NCBI GenBank assembly: GCA_020025875.1
Contig: JAHHRI010000002.1
Span: 1,078 to 65,077 of the forward strand
Origin: Alphaproteobacteria bacterium
Lineage (GTDB): Bacteria; Pseudomonadota; Alphaproteobacteria; RF32; CAG-239
DNA length: 64,000 bases
Direction of reading: 5' to 3'
The notes beneath the pieces are model-generated. The model was not told the origin of the DNA, did no database searches, and was given only the letters and a program-made list of their open reading frames with translations. Shown piece after piece: positions 27,421-38,729 of the stretch (the first letter of the stretch is position 1; the number at the start of each line of letters is the position of its first letter). The translations under genes and the position numbers were made by a program.

Positions 27421-28355
27421 TATTTTTCCGTTCCCAGTCTTTTGACTTCCCACTCAAGCGTAATCAAAGTTTGTTGCTGCACTTTTTGAACAATCATTTC
27501 TCCCAAAGTTTCAATATCTTTGGCGGTGGCGTTGCCGGAGTTGATCAGAAAATTGCAATGCTTTTCGGAAACTTTGGCTCCGCCGACGCTCAGTTCCGCG
27601 CAACCGGCTTTCTTGATAAGTTCCCACGCTTTCAGACCTTTGGGGTTTTTGAAAGTGGAACCGGCGGTTTTCTGGTTATATGGTTGGCGGGTTTTGCGAA
27701 ATTGATGATGTTCATCGAGCAGACGTTCAATGTTTTCCCGAGATGAAAGTTCGGTTTTAAAGGTGATGGAAAGAATGATCCAGTCGTCGGGAAACAGGCT
27801 GCTGCGATAAGACAAACCGAGATCCGCCACGGTAACAGTCTGAATTTTTCCTTCGCCGTTGACAATGCGGGCGCTTTGTATCACGTCGCTGACTTCTCGT
27901 CCGAAGCAGCCGGCATTGGTTTTGACCGAACCACCGATAACTCCGGGGATGGAGCAGAGAAATTCGAGCCCGCCCAGATTGTGCTTCAGCAAATATTTTT
28001 TGAGCGATATGTTGCGAAAACCGGCGCCACAGGTGATGGTGCCCTCGCCGAGGACAACGTTTTGAAAGTTGCGATTGTCCAGTTTGATGACCACGCCGGG
28101 GATGCCGCCGTCCCGAACCAAAAGGTTGGAACCGCCGCCGATGAGGCAGACGGGAATGTTATGCGGTTTGTTACGCAAAAAATGGGCAAGATCTTCGTCA
28201 TCTTCCGGAAGGTACATCACTTCGGCATTGCCGCCTACGCCAAACCATGTATGACGCGCCATGCTGATGTTTTGCAGGTAGCGTCCGCGGACGGCGGGCA
28301 GAAGCTTAATGAGAGGATCTTTTGCTTGCGGCATTTTGAAAGGAACACGAAACAT
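27420..28355 (-). CDS. murB: UDP-N-acetylenolpyruvoylglucosamine reductase
   Basis: FAD-binding WFGVGGNAEV, IGGGSNLLV, and GSTFKNP blocks. Confidence 0.95.
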   Translation of the reverse strand: MFRVPFKMPQAKDPLIKLLPAVRGRYLQNISMARHTWFGVGGNAEVMYLPEDDEDLAHFLRNKPHNIPVCLIGGGSNLLVRDGGIPGVVIKLDNRNFQNVVLGEGTITCGAGFRNISLKKYLLKHNLGGLEFLCSIPGVIGGSVKTNAGCFGREVSDVIQSARIVNGEGKIQTVTVADLGLSYRSSLFPDDWIILSITFKTELSSRENIERLLDEHHQFRKTRQPYNQKTAGSTFKNPKGLKAWELIKKAGCAELSVGGAKVSEKHCNFLINSGNATAKDIETLGEMIVQKVQQQTLITLEWEVKRLGTEK

Positions 28356-28357
28356 TT

Positions 28358-29500
28358 TTATTTCTCCGTCTGTCGTTTGGCGGCAGGAACAAGAATTTTG
28401 TTTTCGATTAAGTCGGCAAACCGCACGGCGGCATCGGTAATGGCAAATTTGGCGGTGCTTTCCGCCATGGTTTTCAAAGCGGCGGGATTTTGCATCAGAT
28501 CGTTTAAGACCGAGGCGAGAATGGTTGGCGAAAAGTCTTTTTGCGCAATGACAATGCCGGCTTTGTTGGTTTTAAATTCTGCGGTGTTTGACGTTTGGTG
28601 ATCGTCGGCAGCGGAAGGCAGCGGAACCAGTATGGCAGGAATGCCGGCGGCGGCAATTTCCGAAACCGATGAGGCGCCGGCTCGGGAAATAATCAGATGC
28701 GTTTGCGCATAAAGTTCCGGCATATTGTTGAAAAAGTGAGAAAGTTCTAATGTGCATTTGCTCCCTTGATAAGCCTCGCGAAGGTTATTGATGTCTTCTC
28801 GGCGGCATTGTTGCGTTAAGTAAATGCGTTTTTGCTGTTTGGGAGCAAGTGTGGCTATTGCTTGGGGAAGCACTTCCGCAAACACTTTGGCACCTTGAGA
28901 ACCGCCCAGCACAAGCAGGTTGAACGGCAGAGTTTTTCCAGCTTTGGGATAAGGGTGGTGATAGAGCTCGGCAATGGCTTTGCGAATTGGCATACCTGTT
29001 TGTACCGTTTTGCGGCCGGTCGGCGCATATTTGGTTTTTTTGAAACTGGTTGCAACGGTGGAGGCATAGCGCCCGAGAAAACGGTTGGTGCGGCTCATAA
29101 TGGAGTTTTGTTCGTGGATGATGAGGTCGATACCCAGCAGTATGGCCGCCATGGAACAGGGAAAAGAGGCGTAGCCGCCAAAACCGACAACACAGGCAGG
29201 GTGTTCTTTTAACAACAGGCGCATACATTGCAAAATGCCAACGGCGGTTTTAAACAAGCTCTTGATTTTAAACCATTTGGATTTGCCCATAATGGCTCCT
29301 GACCAAACCGCACGGTTGGGAATTTTGCCCAGTGTGCCGCTATAGTTGTTTAAGCCACGCTTGTCGGTAACAAGCATCAATCGGTAGCCGCGGCAGGAAA
29401 GTTCTTCCGCCAGAGCTTCTGCCGGATAGATATGTCCGCCGGTGCCGCCGGCAGTCAGGATAATCAGCGGTTGTTTGCTTTTTTTTGTTTTAGATGTCAT
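28358..29500 (-). CDS. murG: undecaprenyldiphospho-muramoylpentapeptide beta-N-acetylglucosaminyltransferase
   Basis: AGGTGGHIYPA and GGSQGA. The ATG at 29498-29500 is preceded by GAGGA with 5-nt spacing. Confidence 0.95.
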   Translation of the reverse strand: MTSKTKKSKQPLIILTAGGTGGHIYPAEALAEELSCRGYRLMLVTDKRGLNNYSGTLGKIPNRAVWSGAIMGKSKWFKIKSLFKTAVGILQCMRLLLKEHPACVVGFGGYASFPCSMAAILLGIDLIIHEQNSIMSRTNRFLGRYASTVATSFKKTKYAPTGRKTVQTGMPIRKAIAELYHHPYPKAGKTLPFNLLVLGGSQGAKVFAEVLPQAIATLAPKQQKRIYLTQQCRREDINNLREAYQGSKCTLELSHFFNNMPELYAQTHLIISRAGASSVSEIAAAGIPAILVPLPSAADDHQTSNTAEFKTNKAGIVIAQKDFSPTILASVLNDLMQNPAALKTMAESTAKFAITDAAVRFADLIENKILVPAAKRQTEK

Positions 29501-30626
29501 CTTTGTCCTCCGCATGAACGTTTTTGCGTGTGATGGCCAAAAGCATACCTATGCCGATGGCTGTAGCCAGTATTGACGAACCGCCGTAGGAAATAAACGG
29601 CAAAGTCATACCCTTGGTAGGCATGAGGTGCAAGGTTGAAGCCATATTGATAATAGATTGTAACCCAAAAGAGGCAGCTAGTCCAGAGGCCGATAAAATA
29701 ATAAACAAGTTGTTGTCTTTGCAAGAAATAATCATTGTTCTGATGACAATGACCATATACAAAGAAACAATCGCCAAACAGAGAAATACGCCATATTCTT
29801 CTGCCGCCACCGCATAGATGAAGTCGGTATGCGCATCGGGAATGCTTGAGCGAACAACGCCTTCTCCGGGGCCGCGCCCAAACAAGTTGCCGCTTTGAAA
29901 AGCCTCAAGAGATTTTTTGACCTGATAGCTCAATTCGCTTCCCGAAGCAAGGAATTGGTGAATACGGATTTGGAAGTGGGGAAAAACAAAATAGGCGACA
30001 AAACCGGAGCAGATAACGATTAGCCCGAAAACACCAAGCAACAGCAGCGGCATACCGTTTAAAAAAAACTGAAACAGCCAAACGGCCGTAATGACCATGG
30101 TCATGCCGATGTCCGGTTGGCAAAAAATCAGCAGCGCGGTAAACGAAAACAGCGAAAAAGACAGCAACTTTCCGGGAAATTCGGGATGTCGCCGCTCGCC
30201 GTCGAGCAGCCAAGCGGTGGTGACAATAAAAAAGGGCTTAACAAACTCGGAGGGTTGCAAAGAAAAGCCGCAGATGAGCAGCCAGCGAGCAGCTCCTTTG
30301 TTGGCTTCGCCGAAGAAAAAAGTGCAGATCACAAGGGTGGCGGCAGCCAGATAGCCAACCAGCGAAAGCCGGCGGATAAATTTGAGCTTTTGCATGGAAA
30401 GGGCAATCATGATCATATAGGCCATGGGTGCGAAAAAGAAGTGGCGTTTGATGAAGTGATAGTTGTCAAAGCCGATCCGTGTTGCCACGGCAGGGCTGGC
30501 GGAAAAGGTCAGCAGCATGCCCAGAATGATTAAAATGCTGACGCAGCTTAAAAGCACTTTGTCAACGGTCCACCACCAGTTGGCAATAAGATTGCGGTTG
30601 TTGTGTGAAAAAAACATCATCGGCAT
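29490..30626 (-). CDS. ftsW: SEDS-family peptidoglycan polymerase FtsW
   Basis: Polytopic membrane protein with QPSEF, HTDFIY and PTKGMTLPFISYGGSS blocks. Confidence 0.93.
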   Translation of the reverse strand: MPMMFFSHNNRNLIANWWWTVDKVLLSCVSILIILGMLLTFSASPAVATRIGFDNYHFIKRHFFFAPMAYMIMIALSMQKLKFIRRLSLVGYLAAATLVICTFFFGEANKGAARWLLICGFSLQPSEFVKPFFIVTTAWLLDGERRHPEFPGKLLSFSLFSFTALLIFCQPDIGMTMVITAVWLFQFFLNGMPLLLLGVFGLIVICSGFVAYFVFPHFQIRIHQFLASGSELSYQVKKSLEAFQSGNLFGRGPGEGVVRSSIPDAHTDFIYAVAAEEYGVFLCLAIVSLYMVIVIRTMIISCKDNNLFIILSASGLAASFGLQSIINMASTLHLMPTKGMTLPFISYGGSSILATAIGIGMLLAITRKNVHAEDKDDI

Positions 30627-30632
30627 TCTCTG

Positions 30633-31688
30633 TTAAAAAATGAGCGAAGCAAGACCGATAACGGCAGCGATGACGGCAACAATATGAAAGCGGGCGACAA
30701 CCGTGGTTTCTTTCCAACCCAGCTGTTCAAAATGGTGATGGATCGGTGCCATCAAAAAAATGCGGGTTTGCTTGTGTTTGTACCAAAAAACTTGGATGAT
30801 GACCGAAAGAGCCTCGATAACGAACACAAAGCCGATGACGGCAAGCAAAATTTCGTGTTTGGTCATGATGGCAACGGTACCGAGCAAAGCTCCCAAAGCC
30901 AGTGAACCGGTATCTCCCATAAACACTTTGGCAGGCGCGCAGTTAAACCAAAGAAAGCCCAGACAGGCACCGGCGGCAGCGGCGCATACGACGGCAACTT
31001 CTCCGCATTCGGGGATAAACAGGCTATGCAGGTTGACGGTTTCGGGAAAAGCAGTGACGAAAGCAAGGCAGGCAAAAGCACCGAAGGCAGTCAGACACAG
31101 ACCGCCTGCCAGTCCGTCCAGCCCGTCACTTAAGTTAACCGCATTGGATGCACCGGCAATGACAATCATGGCAAAAGGCAGGTAAAACCACCACAAATTG
31201 AAAACGTGGTTGATATAGGGAATCGCCAAGCTAAAACGCAGGTTTTCGGGCAGTCGGTCGGTTATCAGCCAGACCACGACAAAAGCGGTGACAAATTGCA
31301 GCAGGAGTTTCATTTTGGCCGTCATGGCATCGGGGGTGTGTTTTTTGACCTTGACATAGTCGTCGGCAAAACCGGCGGCGCCAAAAACAAGAACAACCGC
31401 CAGACAGAGCCAGACAAACAGGTTAGAGAGATTGCACCACAGCAAAGACGAAACGCTGATGGCAGCCAAAATGAGAATGCCGCCCATGGTGGGAGTGCCT
31501 TTTTTAGTCAGCAGGTGACTTTGGGGACCGTTTTCGCGGATCGGTTGCCCCAGCTTTTGGCAGCCGTGCAAAAAGGCGATAAACTTGTTGCCGCAGGCCA
31601 GCGTTAGGGCAAGAGCGGTCAGAAAAGCAGCCAAAATACGGGGTAAAAGCATCAGCTCAGATGAAAATATAGCGGCAAACATCGACAT
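30633..31688 (-). CDS. mraY: phospho-N-acetylmuramoyl-pentapeptide transferase
   Basis: KKGTPTMGG, NAVNLSDGLDGLA, MGDTGSLALG and PIHHHFE blocks. Confidence 0.96.
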   Translation of the reverse strand: MSMFAAIFSSELMLLPRILAAFLTALALTLACGNKFIAFLHGCQKLGQPIRENGPQSHLLTKKGTPTMGGILILAAISVSSLLWCNLSNLFVWLCLAVVLVFGAAGFADDYVKVKKHTPDAMTAKMKLLLQFVTAFVVVWLITDRLPENLRFSLAIPYINHVFNLWWFYLPFAMIVIAGASNAVNLSDGLDGLAGGLCLTAFGAFACLAFVTAFPETVNLHSLFIPECGEVAVVCAAAAGACLGFLWFNCAPAKVFMGDTGSLALGALLGTVAIMTKHEILLAVIGFVFVIEALSVIIQVFWYKHKQTRIFLMAPIHHHFEQLGWKETTVVARFHIVAVIAAVIGLASLIF

Positions 31689-31849
31689 TATCCTTAAAGA
31701 AACGAAATTTCTTTTATAAAATAGGCGGAATATATAAAAATTTGATTAAAATATACGGATAAAATTGAGCGGAAGTATCTTGAATTAGAGTTGTTGTCCA
31801 TTATTTAAATTTTTATTTAATTGAGGCATGGCAGAAGAAGGGTGCGGAT

Positions 31850-32998
31850 ATGAGCAACAACGGCAAAAACAAATATACGGGCGGTTTGGGGATTCTGGTT
31901 TTGGCAGGGTTGCTTGTGGTGGGCTATTTGTTTTGGCAACACGGCGAAAAGGTGCCGCCGGCGGAAGAAAACCTTGTTGAGCGCACCATTTCGGCAGCTC
32001 CGCTGATTGAGCGCGAAGTGCAGGTCAGGAAAGAATATATCGGTTATGTGATGCCGATCAATGATGTTAACGTGCGTCCGTATATCAGCGGTTTTGTTCA
32101 TGAAATTCGGGTGAGGGGAGGCGCGGAAGTGAAAGTCGGCGATGTGATGGTGATTATTGATCAAGCCGAATACAAGGCCAAACTTGATGCGGCGGCGGCA
32201 GCGGCGGCACAGGCAAAAGCAGACTTAAATAACCGTAGCATTTATTATCAGCGAATGCGCAAAGCCGGTGTGCGGGCGGTGTCCAAAACGGAGCTGGACA
32301 ATGCCGAAGCCGCGTTTTTATCGGCGCAAGCGGCTTGGCAACAAGCCGAGGCGTCTCGGACGGCGGCACAGGTCAATTACGACTATACGGTGATTAGGGC
32401 GACAATTGACGGAATGGTCGGCAACGTGCCGCTTTCCAAGGGAGACTATGTGTCGCCGGAAAAGGTGTTGCTGTCGGTGATACAGTATGATCCGATCCGT
32501 GTTGTGTTTTCGATTACCGACAAAGACTATTTGGAAGAAATTGGCAAGCCGCAGATGTTTGCGGGAGAAACTCTGGGGTTGAAATTGGCAGACGGCAGCA
32601 TCTATCCGCAGACGGGCAAAGTTGCCTATGTTGACAACAGCATTGATAAAAACACCGATTCAATAGCGGTTTATGCCGATTTTGCCAATCCGAACAAGCA
32701 ACTTGTTGCCAATGCTTACGTTAACGTTTGGTTGGAGAAAAAATATCGGGGCATGGTGGTGCGCAAAGATTGGGTCTATCTGGAGCCGAACGGCAGTTAT
32801 ATTTATGTGGCAGGCGCAAACGGGGTGGTCAAGACGGCGGTTGATATTTTGAGCGAATATGGCAATGACGATTATATTCTCAAAAACACGTTTACGCTCG
32901 GTGAACATATTGTGCTGGACAAGATGAGCGCAAAAGACGAAGGGCGTCGGTTTAAGATTGTGATGGAGGGTACCGTAGCGGCAGGGAGGAAAGACTGA
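31850..32998 (+). CDS. RND efflux periplasmic adaptor (membrane fusion protein)
   Basis: N-terminal anchor, an Ala-rich coiled-coil hairpin ([21 protein letters not shown]), and a [13 protein letters not shown] beta-barrel block. Confidence 0.9.
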   Translation: MSNNGKNKYTGGLGILVLAGLLVVGYLFWQHGEKVPPAEENLVERTISAAPLIEREVQVRKEYIGYVMPINDVNVRPYISGFVHEIRVRGGAEVKVGDVMVIIDQAEYKAKLDAAAAAAAQAKADLNNRSIYYQRMRKAGVRAVSKTELDNAEAAFLSAQAAWQQAEASRTAAQVNYDYTVIRATIDGMVGNVPLSKGDYVSPEKVLLSVIQYDPIRVVFSITDKDYLEEIGKPQMFAGETLGLKLADGSIYPQTGKVAYVDNSIDKNTDSIAVYADFANPNKQLVANAYVNVWLEKKYRGMVVRKDWVYLEPNGSYIYVAGANGVVKTAVDILSEYGNDDYILKNTFTLGEHIVLDKMSAKDEGRRFKIVMEGTVAAGRKD

Positions 32999-35900
32999 TG
33001 TTTTCGGAATATTTTATTGTTCGCCCGCGGTTTGCCGGCGTTATCTCAATTATTATGGTGTTGCTCGGTCTGCTGGCCATTGCGGTGTTGCCGGTTTCCC
33101 AGTATCCGGAGATTACGCCGCCGCAAATTGTCGTCAGTACCGTTTATCCGGGGGCCGGTGCTCAGGTGGTGATTGACACGGTGGCGGTGCCGGTGGAAAA
33201 TCAGATCAACGGTGTTGAAGATATGCTGTATATGACATCTAGTTCTAATGATGACGGCAGTTACAAATTGACAATCACCTTTAACATCGGGACCGATCCC
33301 GATATGGCTCAGGTTAAAGTGCAAAACCGTCTGAACAGAGTGATGTCGCAGTTGCCGGAAATTGTGCAGCGGCAGGGGTTGGAAGTGAGCACGCAGATGT
33401 CTAATATCTTGGCGCTCTTGGCATTGCGCTCACCGAAAAATACATATGATGACCTCTACTTGAGCAACTACGCCTACGCCTATTTGAAAAATCCGCTGTC
33501 GCGCGTGGAGGGTATCGGCGATGTGCAAATTTTTGGACCTCAGTATAGTATGCGCATTTGGTTGAATGCGGAAAAACTATCTTCGCTTGGGCTGAATAGT
33601 TCGGATATTGTGCAGATTATCGAAAGCCAGAACGTGCAGGCTTCCATCGGCGGAATCGGTACGGCACCAAGCCCCGCCGGCACCAATCAGGTTTTGTCGC
33701 TGACGGCCAAAGGGTTGCTCAACACGGTCAAAGACTTTGAAAATATGGTGGTAACAACCTCGGAAAACGGCGGTCTGGTGCGTTTGAAAGATGTGGCCAG
33801 AGTGGAGCTCGGCGCAGATACCTACGCCATGAATGCCAAGTTTGACAATGCGCCGGCGGTGATTATGGCTTTGAGCCAAACCCCCGGCTCCAATTCGCTT
33901 AACATTATGGATGATGTTGCTCGGCAAATTGCCGATTTGCAAAATTCGTTTAAAGAAGATATGGAGCTAAAAATTGCTTACGATTCCACGCTTTATGTTC
34001 GTTCTTCAATCGGCAGCATTATCGAAACCTTGCTGATTACCTTTGCGCTGGTTGTGTTGGTAACTTATGTCTTTTTGCAAAAAGCCAAAACCACCTTGAT
34101 CCCGCTGATTACCATTCCGGTGTCGCTCATTGCCACTTTTGGCATTATCTATCTGCTGGGATTTGATATTAACATTCTGACGCTGTTTGCCATGATTTTG
34201 GCTATTGGGCTGGTGGTAGATGATGCCATTATCGTGGTTGAGCGAGTGCAGTATCTGATGGCTTTTGAAAAACTGGATTCTTATGCCGCCTCGGTAAAAG
34301 CCATGCGGCAGATCGGCAGTGCCGTGGTGGCTACCACCTTTGTGCTGTTGTCTATTTTTGTGCCGGTGGGACTGATGGCGGGCATCACCGGTAAGATTTA
34401 TCAGCAATTTGCGGTGACCATTGCCACGGCAATTATTTTTTCGGCATTCAATGCATTAACGCTCAGCCCGTCGCTATGCGCCATTTTCTTAAAAGGAGAG
34501 CAAGCAGGTGAGGCGCATGGTTTTTTCAAGCAGTTTGATTATATGATTGATAAGATGAAGGAACATTATCTTGCCGCCGTGAGGTTTTTTTCTGCCAAAT
34601 TGGCGGTTACGGCAGCGGTAACTGTCGGGCTTATTTTTCTTTTGGTGCTAGGCTTTCAATGGATGCCGACATCGTTTTTGCCGCAAGAAGATCAGGGAAT
34701 TATTTTTGCCGATTTTCAGCTTGCGGATACAGCCAGTATCAACCAAACCGGCAAAGCCTTGGAAGAAGCAGCGCAAAAAGCCCTCAAAATTGACGGCGTG
34801 AGCTACTTTATCAGCGTTGCCGGCTACAGCCTTTTGGGAGGCACCGGAGAAAACGTGGCATTGGGAGTGATTGGGTTGGAACCGTGGGATCAGCGAGATT
34901 CTCCCGAACTTTCCATAGATGCCCTTATGTCGTCTTTGGCCCAAGCGACGGAAACCATAAAAAACGTGAAGATCAACTATTTTGCTCCTCCTGCTATTCC
35001 CGGCATTGGCAACAGCGACGGTTTATCGCTTGAGCTTTTGGCGATTAATCAAAATATCAGTTCAAATGAGATGTTTGAAAAATTGCAGCACTTCCTCCGC
35101 AAACTGAATGCCGATCCGGCGCTGGCTTATGCTTTTAGTCTTTATACCGCCGATACACCGCATATTTATCTTGATATAGATCGCACGAAGCTGGAGGCCT
35201 ATCAGATACAGGTGGCAGATCTGTTTGCGGTGTTGCAAAACAACCTTGGCTCACGTTATGTTAATAATATTACTCTGACCGGACAGGTTAACAAAGTGAT
35301 TATTCAGGCAGATTATGCCTACCGTGGCAAAGTGGCAGACGTCCCAAATATGTATGTGCGTTCAAGCAGCGGACAAATGATTAAAATCGGCAGTTTTGCC
35401 GATGTCAGAACCGTTATGCAGCCAAAAATCATAAACCGCTACAATCAGTATACGGATGCTTCAATCACGGCTTCTGCCGCCAAAGGAGTCAGCACCGGTA
35501 CGGCAATTGAGGCCGTGGAAAAAACGGCAAAGGAAATTCTGGCGCCGAGAGATTACAAAATAGCATGGACGGGACTGAGCCTGCAAGAGGTGGAAACCGC
35601 CGGCTTGGTCGTTTTTCTGATTATGCTGGCCATGTTGTTTTGCTATTTGTTTTTGGTGGCATTGTACGAAAGCTGGATGTTGGCGTTTTCGGTTATGTTC
35701 TCTACCCTTTTTGCCATTTTGGGGGCGTTGATCGGCTTGCATATCATGAAACAGCCGTTGAGCATTTATGCCCAGTTGGGATTGGTGATGCTGATCGGGC
35801 TGGCGGCTAAAAATGCCATTTTGATTGTTGAATTTACCAAAGCTTACCGCGAAAGCGGCGAAAGTATTCTTGACGCTGCATTGAAAGGAGCATCGGAAAG

Positions 35901-36153
35901 GTTTCGCGCCGTGTTGATGACGGCATTGACTTTTATTTTGGGTGTGTTTCCGATGATTGTGGCAAAAGGGGCCGGTGCTTCAAGCCAGCTGGCCATCGGT
36001 ACGTCGGTGTTTTTCGGCATGATTGCCGCAACCGTGGTCGGCATTATTTTTATTCCCGCTTATTTTGCTCTGTTTGAAACAATTAAGGAACGAATCAGCG
36101 CTTCCAAGGAGGGGCAAAAGAAGAAAAACGGCAGGAAAGGAGAAACGAGATGA
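32998..36153 (+). CDS. RND efflux transporter permease (AcrB/MexB family)
   Basis: 1051 aa, [14 protein letters not shown]-terminus, 12-TM architecture, and [12 protein letters not shown] and [13 protein letters not shown] blocks. Confidence 0.95.
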   Translation: MFSEYFIVRPRFAGVISIIMVLLGLLAIAVLPVSQYPEITPPQIVVSTVYPGAGAQVVIDTVAVPVENQINGVEDMLYMTSSSNDDGSYKLTITFNIGTDPDMAQVKVQNRLNRVMSQLPEIVQRQGLEVSTQMSNILALLALRSPKNTYDDLYLSNYAYAYLKNPLSRVEGIGDVQIFGPQYSMRIWLNAEKLSSLGLNSSDIVQIIESQNVQASIGGIGTAPSPAGTNQVLSLTAKGLLNTVKDFENMVVTTSENGGLVRLKDVARVELGADTYAMNAKFDNAPAVIMALSQTPGSNSLNIMDDVARQIADLQNSFKEDMELKIAYDSTLYVRSSIGSIIETLLITFALVVLVTYVFLQKAKTTLIPLITIPVSLIATFGIIYLLGFDINILTLFAMILAIGLVVDDAIIVVERVQYLMAFEKLDSYAASVKAMRQIGSAVVATTFVLLSIFVPVGLMAGITGKIYQQFAVTIATAIIFSAFNALTLSPSLCAIFLKGEQAGEAHGFFKQFDYMIDKMKEHYLAAVRFFSAKLAVTAAVTVGLIFLLVLGFQWMPTSFLPQEDQGIIFADFQLADTASINQTGKALEEAAQKALKIDGVSYFISVAGYSLLGGTGENVALGVIGLEPWDQRDSPELSIDALMSSLAQATETIKNVKINYFAPPAIPGIGNSDGLSLELLAINQNISSNEMFEKLQHFLRKLNADPALAYAFSLYTADTPHIYLDIDRTKLEAYQIQVADLFAVLQNNLGSRYVNNITLTGQVNKVIIQADYAYRGKVADVPNMYVRSSSGQMIKIGSFADVRTVMQPKIINRYNQYTDASITASAAKGVSTGTAIEAVEKTAKEILAPRDYKIAWTGLSLQEVETAGLVVFLIMLAMLFCYLFLVALYESWMLAFSVMFSTLFAILGALIGLHIMKQPLSIYAQLGLVMLIGLAAKNAILIVEFTKAYRESGESILDAALKGASERFRAVLMTALTFILGVFPMIVAKGAGASSQLAIGTSVFFGMIAATVVGIIFIPAYFALFETIKERISASKEGQKKKNGRKGETR

Positions 36154-37547
36154 ACGGCAAAAGTTGGGCGTTGGTTTCTTTGTTGGCACTGGTCTCCTGT
36201 ACGGTCGGTCCCGATTATGTGCGGCCGAAATTTTTTGACAATGAGCAGCAGTCCACTACCTTAAATAACGGTCAAGGAGATGATTTTCCGGTTTCCGTAT
36301 GTTGGTATCGTCAGTTTGAGGATACCACTTTAAACAACTTGGTTGAACGAGCTCTTGCCGGCAGTCCGAATGTGCAGGTTGCCATACAGAAACTGAAACA
36401 GGCACGCTATGCCTTGATGATCAACAGGGCAGAATTTATGCCCCGACTGAATGCCGAAGGTGGTTATGAATATCATTATCTTGCTATCGGCAAAAATGCG
36501 CCAAGCATGACGGAAGATTATTATAAAGCGGGGCTTGATGCTTCGTGGGAAATTGATATTTGGGGCGGCGGACGTCGCCTGAACGAAGAATCGCGCGCGT
36601 TGATGCAGGCGGCTGCTCATCATTTGGTCAATGTCATGCTTTCGATAACGGGAGAAACGGCAAGTGACTATATTGCGTTGAAAACCGTGCAGGAGCAACA
36701 GCGCATTACCAAAGAAAACCTGCGTTTGCAGCAAGATATTTATCAAACCGTGAAAGAAAAATATGACAACGGGTTGGTCGATGCTTCGGCATTAAACCAA
36801 GCCGAGTTTGCGGTGCAAACAACCAAGGCTCTGTTGCCGGCATTGGAGCAGCAGGAAGAAAGCTACAAGAATGCGCTGGCGGTGTTGCTCGGCGTATTGC
36901 CAGGCAGCTTGAAAGAGTTGGAGCGGAACCAAAACAATCTTGTGAGGAGGAGGCTTTTTTTCCCTGTTGACAAGCTGTATCATTTTCCGCTTGCGGCCAT
37001 TCGCAACCGTCCTGATGTGCAGATGGCAGAGAATATGTTGATTGCCAAAAACGCGGCCATCGGTCAGGCGGTGTCGGAGCTGTTTCCCAACGTGAGCATT
37101 GGCGGCGTTCTCGGGTGGCAGCCACGGCATTTTTCCGATTTTGCGTCTTCTTCTGCCGCCACATACGGCTTTATGCCGAAAGTTTCTTTGCCGTTGTTTC
37201 ATTTCGGTCAGTTGATCAATCAGGTTAAACTTAACCGAGAAGTGAAAGAGGAATATGTTTATCTGTATAAAAACACGCTGCTCAATGCGGTGCAAGAGGT
37301 CAAAAACGCCACTGTTGCCGTGCGCAAAGAATATGAACGCAATCGGGCTTTGGCGCAGTCCGTGCGCAATATGCGGCAGGTGCTTTCTTCCATGCGTGAC
37401 AAATATAAGGAAGGGTTGATAGAGTTTAGCGATCTGTTGATGACCGAGCAAAATCTGCTGACGGCACAAAACAATTTGGCAGCTTCAAACGGTGCCGTTT
37501 ATCGTAACATCATCAGTTTTTACAAAGCCGTCGGCGGTGGTTATTAA
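36150..37547 (+). CDS. RND efflux outer-membrane factor lipoprotein (NodT/OprM family)
   Basis: Lipobox [12 protein letters not shown] and two alpha/beta repeats. Overlaps the permease stop. Confidence 0.9.
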   Translation: MNGKSWALVSLLALVSCTVGPDYVRPKFFDNEQQSTTLNNGQGDDFPVSVCWYRQFEDTTLNNLVERALAGSPNVQVAIQKLKQARYALMINRAEFMPRLNAEGGYEYHYLAIGKNAPSMTEDYYKAGLDASWEIDIWGGGRRLNEESRALMQAAAHHLVNVMLSITGETASDYIALKTVQEQQRITKENLRLQQDIYQTVKEKYDNGLVDASALNQAEFAVQTTKALLPALEQQEESYKNALAVLLGVLPGSLKELERNQNNLVRRRLFFPVDKLYHFPLAAIRNRPDVQMAENMLIAKNAAIGQAVSELFPNVSIGGVLGWQPRHFSDFASSSAATYGFMPKVSLPLFHFGQLINQVKLNREVKEEYVYLYKNTLLNAVQEVKNATVAVRKEYERNRALAQSVRNMRQVLSSMRDKYKEGLIEFSDLLMTEQNLLTAQNNLAASNGAVYRNIISFYKAVGGGY

Positions 37548-37551
37548 GGCT

Positions 37552-37983
37552 TTAGCGTGGGCGTCCGTGCAGTCGGATATTGGTAATTTCCGGTATTTCG
37601 TAGGTGCGGGTGTTGTAGCCTTTGTTTTTCATGCAGCTTCTGTAGCTACTCGGGCTGACGTCGGCATCGTCTCGCAGATAGTTGACGATCAGCGGTTGAG
37701 CTCCGGGGTAGGGAATGTATGTTGCCCAAATACCTTTGTCCGCATCCCAATCGGCACGGATGGCCAGCTTTTGCTCTTCGGTATAGAACATGGAGTGCCA
37801 CAGGGTTTTCATCCGTGGCAGCATACTGAAAGATTCTGCCTCACGCATACAGGCATTGTGATCACGGGCAAATTTTTCGATCCCCGTATTGTGGCGTTCC
37901 CAGTGGTAGACAATTTGTCCGTCGCCGGAAACACAGGCGGAAAGCAAGATGGTGATGGCAAAGAAAAGCAAATTTTTTTTCAT
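37552..37983 (-). CDS. hypothetical lipoprotein
   Basis: Lipobox ILLSACVSG, 143 aa, no family recognised. Confidence 0.6.
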   Translation of the reverse strand: MKKNLLFFAITILLSACVSGDGQIVYHWERHNTGIEKFARDHNACMREAESFSMLPRMKTLWHSMFYTEEQKLAIRADWDADKGIWATYIPYPGAQPLIVNYLRDDADVSPSSYRSCMKNKGYNTRTYEIPEITNIRLHGRPR

Positions 37984-37985
37984 GT

Positions 37986-38651
37986 TTAAAAATCCAGATT
38001 GGCGTAATGTTTGGCAGGGAGAATCCCCTTGATGTTGTCTTTTAAAATATCTTTGAAAGCGGGGCGTGACTTAATTTTTGAATACCACAGCTTGGCATTT
38101 TTGTAACCTTCCCACGGCACGTCGCCCAGATAGTCGATAACCGAAAGGTGTGCGGCTGCGGTAATATCTGCCAGCGAAAAATTGCTGCCTGCCAGATAAT
38201 TGCGAGATTCGCAAAGCCAATCGATATATTCCATGTGAAAATTGAGATTGTTCAGCGCGGTTTTGAGAACTTTTGAATCGGGAGCAAGTCCTTTACCAAA
38301 GCGTTTGAACACTTTTTCGTTGATCATGCTGCGCCCAACTTCTCGCTCAAACTTCAGGTCAAACCATTCGCTGAGGCGTCTGATCTCGGCTTTTTGTCGG
38401 GCGTCGCCGCCAATGAGGCGCACATCGGGGTTTACTTCTTCCAAAAATTCGCTGATAGCGTAGTTGCCGGCAATGACGTTGCCGTCAAAAATAAAAATCG
38501 GCAGTTCTCCGGCGACGTTGAGTTTGTATATTTCCGGCGACAAATGCCATGGTTCTTCTTCTCTTAAGACGAACAAAATGCGTTTTTCTGCCATCAGCAG
38601 GCGGATTTTGCGAGATATGGCAGATACCGGATGATGTATCAGCAGAACCAT
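37986..38651 (-). CDS. glutathione S-transferase family protein
   Basis: Thioredoxin-like N-domain (SAISRKIRLLMAEK..., ELPIF) and a helical C-domain (FSLADITAAAHL). 221 aa. Confidence 0.75.
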   Translation of the reverse strand: MVLLIHHPVSAISRKIRLLMAEKRILFVLREEEPWHLSPEIYKLNVAGELPIFIFDGNVIAGNYAISEFLEEVNPDVRLIGGDARQKAEIRRLSEWFDLKFEREVGRSMINEKVFKRFGKGLAPDSKVLKTALNNLNFHMEYIDWLCESRNYLAGSNFSLADITAAAHLSVIDYLGDVPWEGYKNAKLWYSKIKSRPAFKDILKDNIKGILPAKHYANLDF

Positions 38652-38729
38652 ATGTTTTATTACTCCCCATTTTTGAAATTGTATCGGTTTTGGCTATAAT
38701 TTAGCAATTTGTTTGATCAAGGTCAAGTG

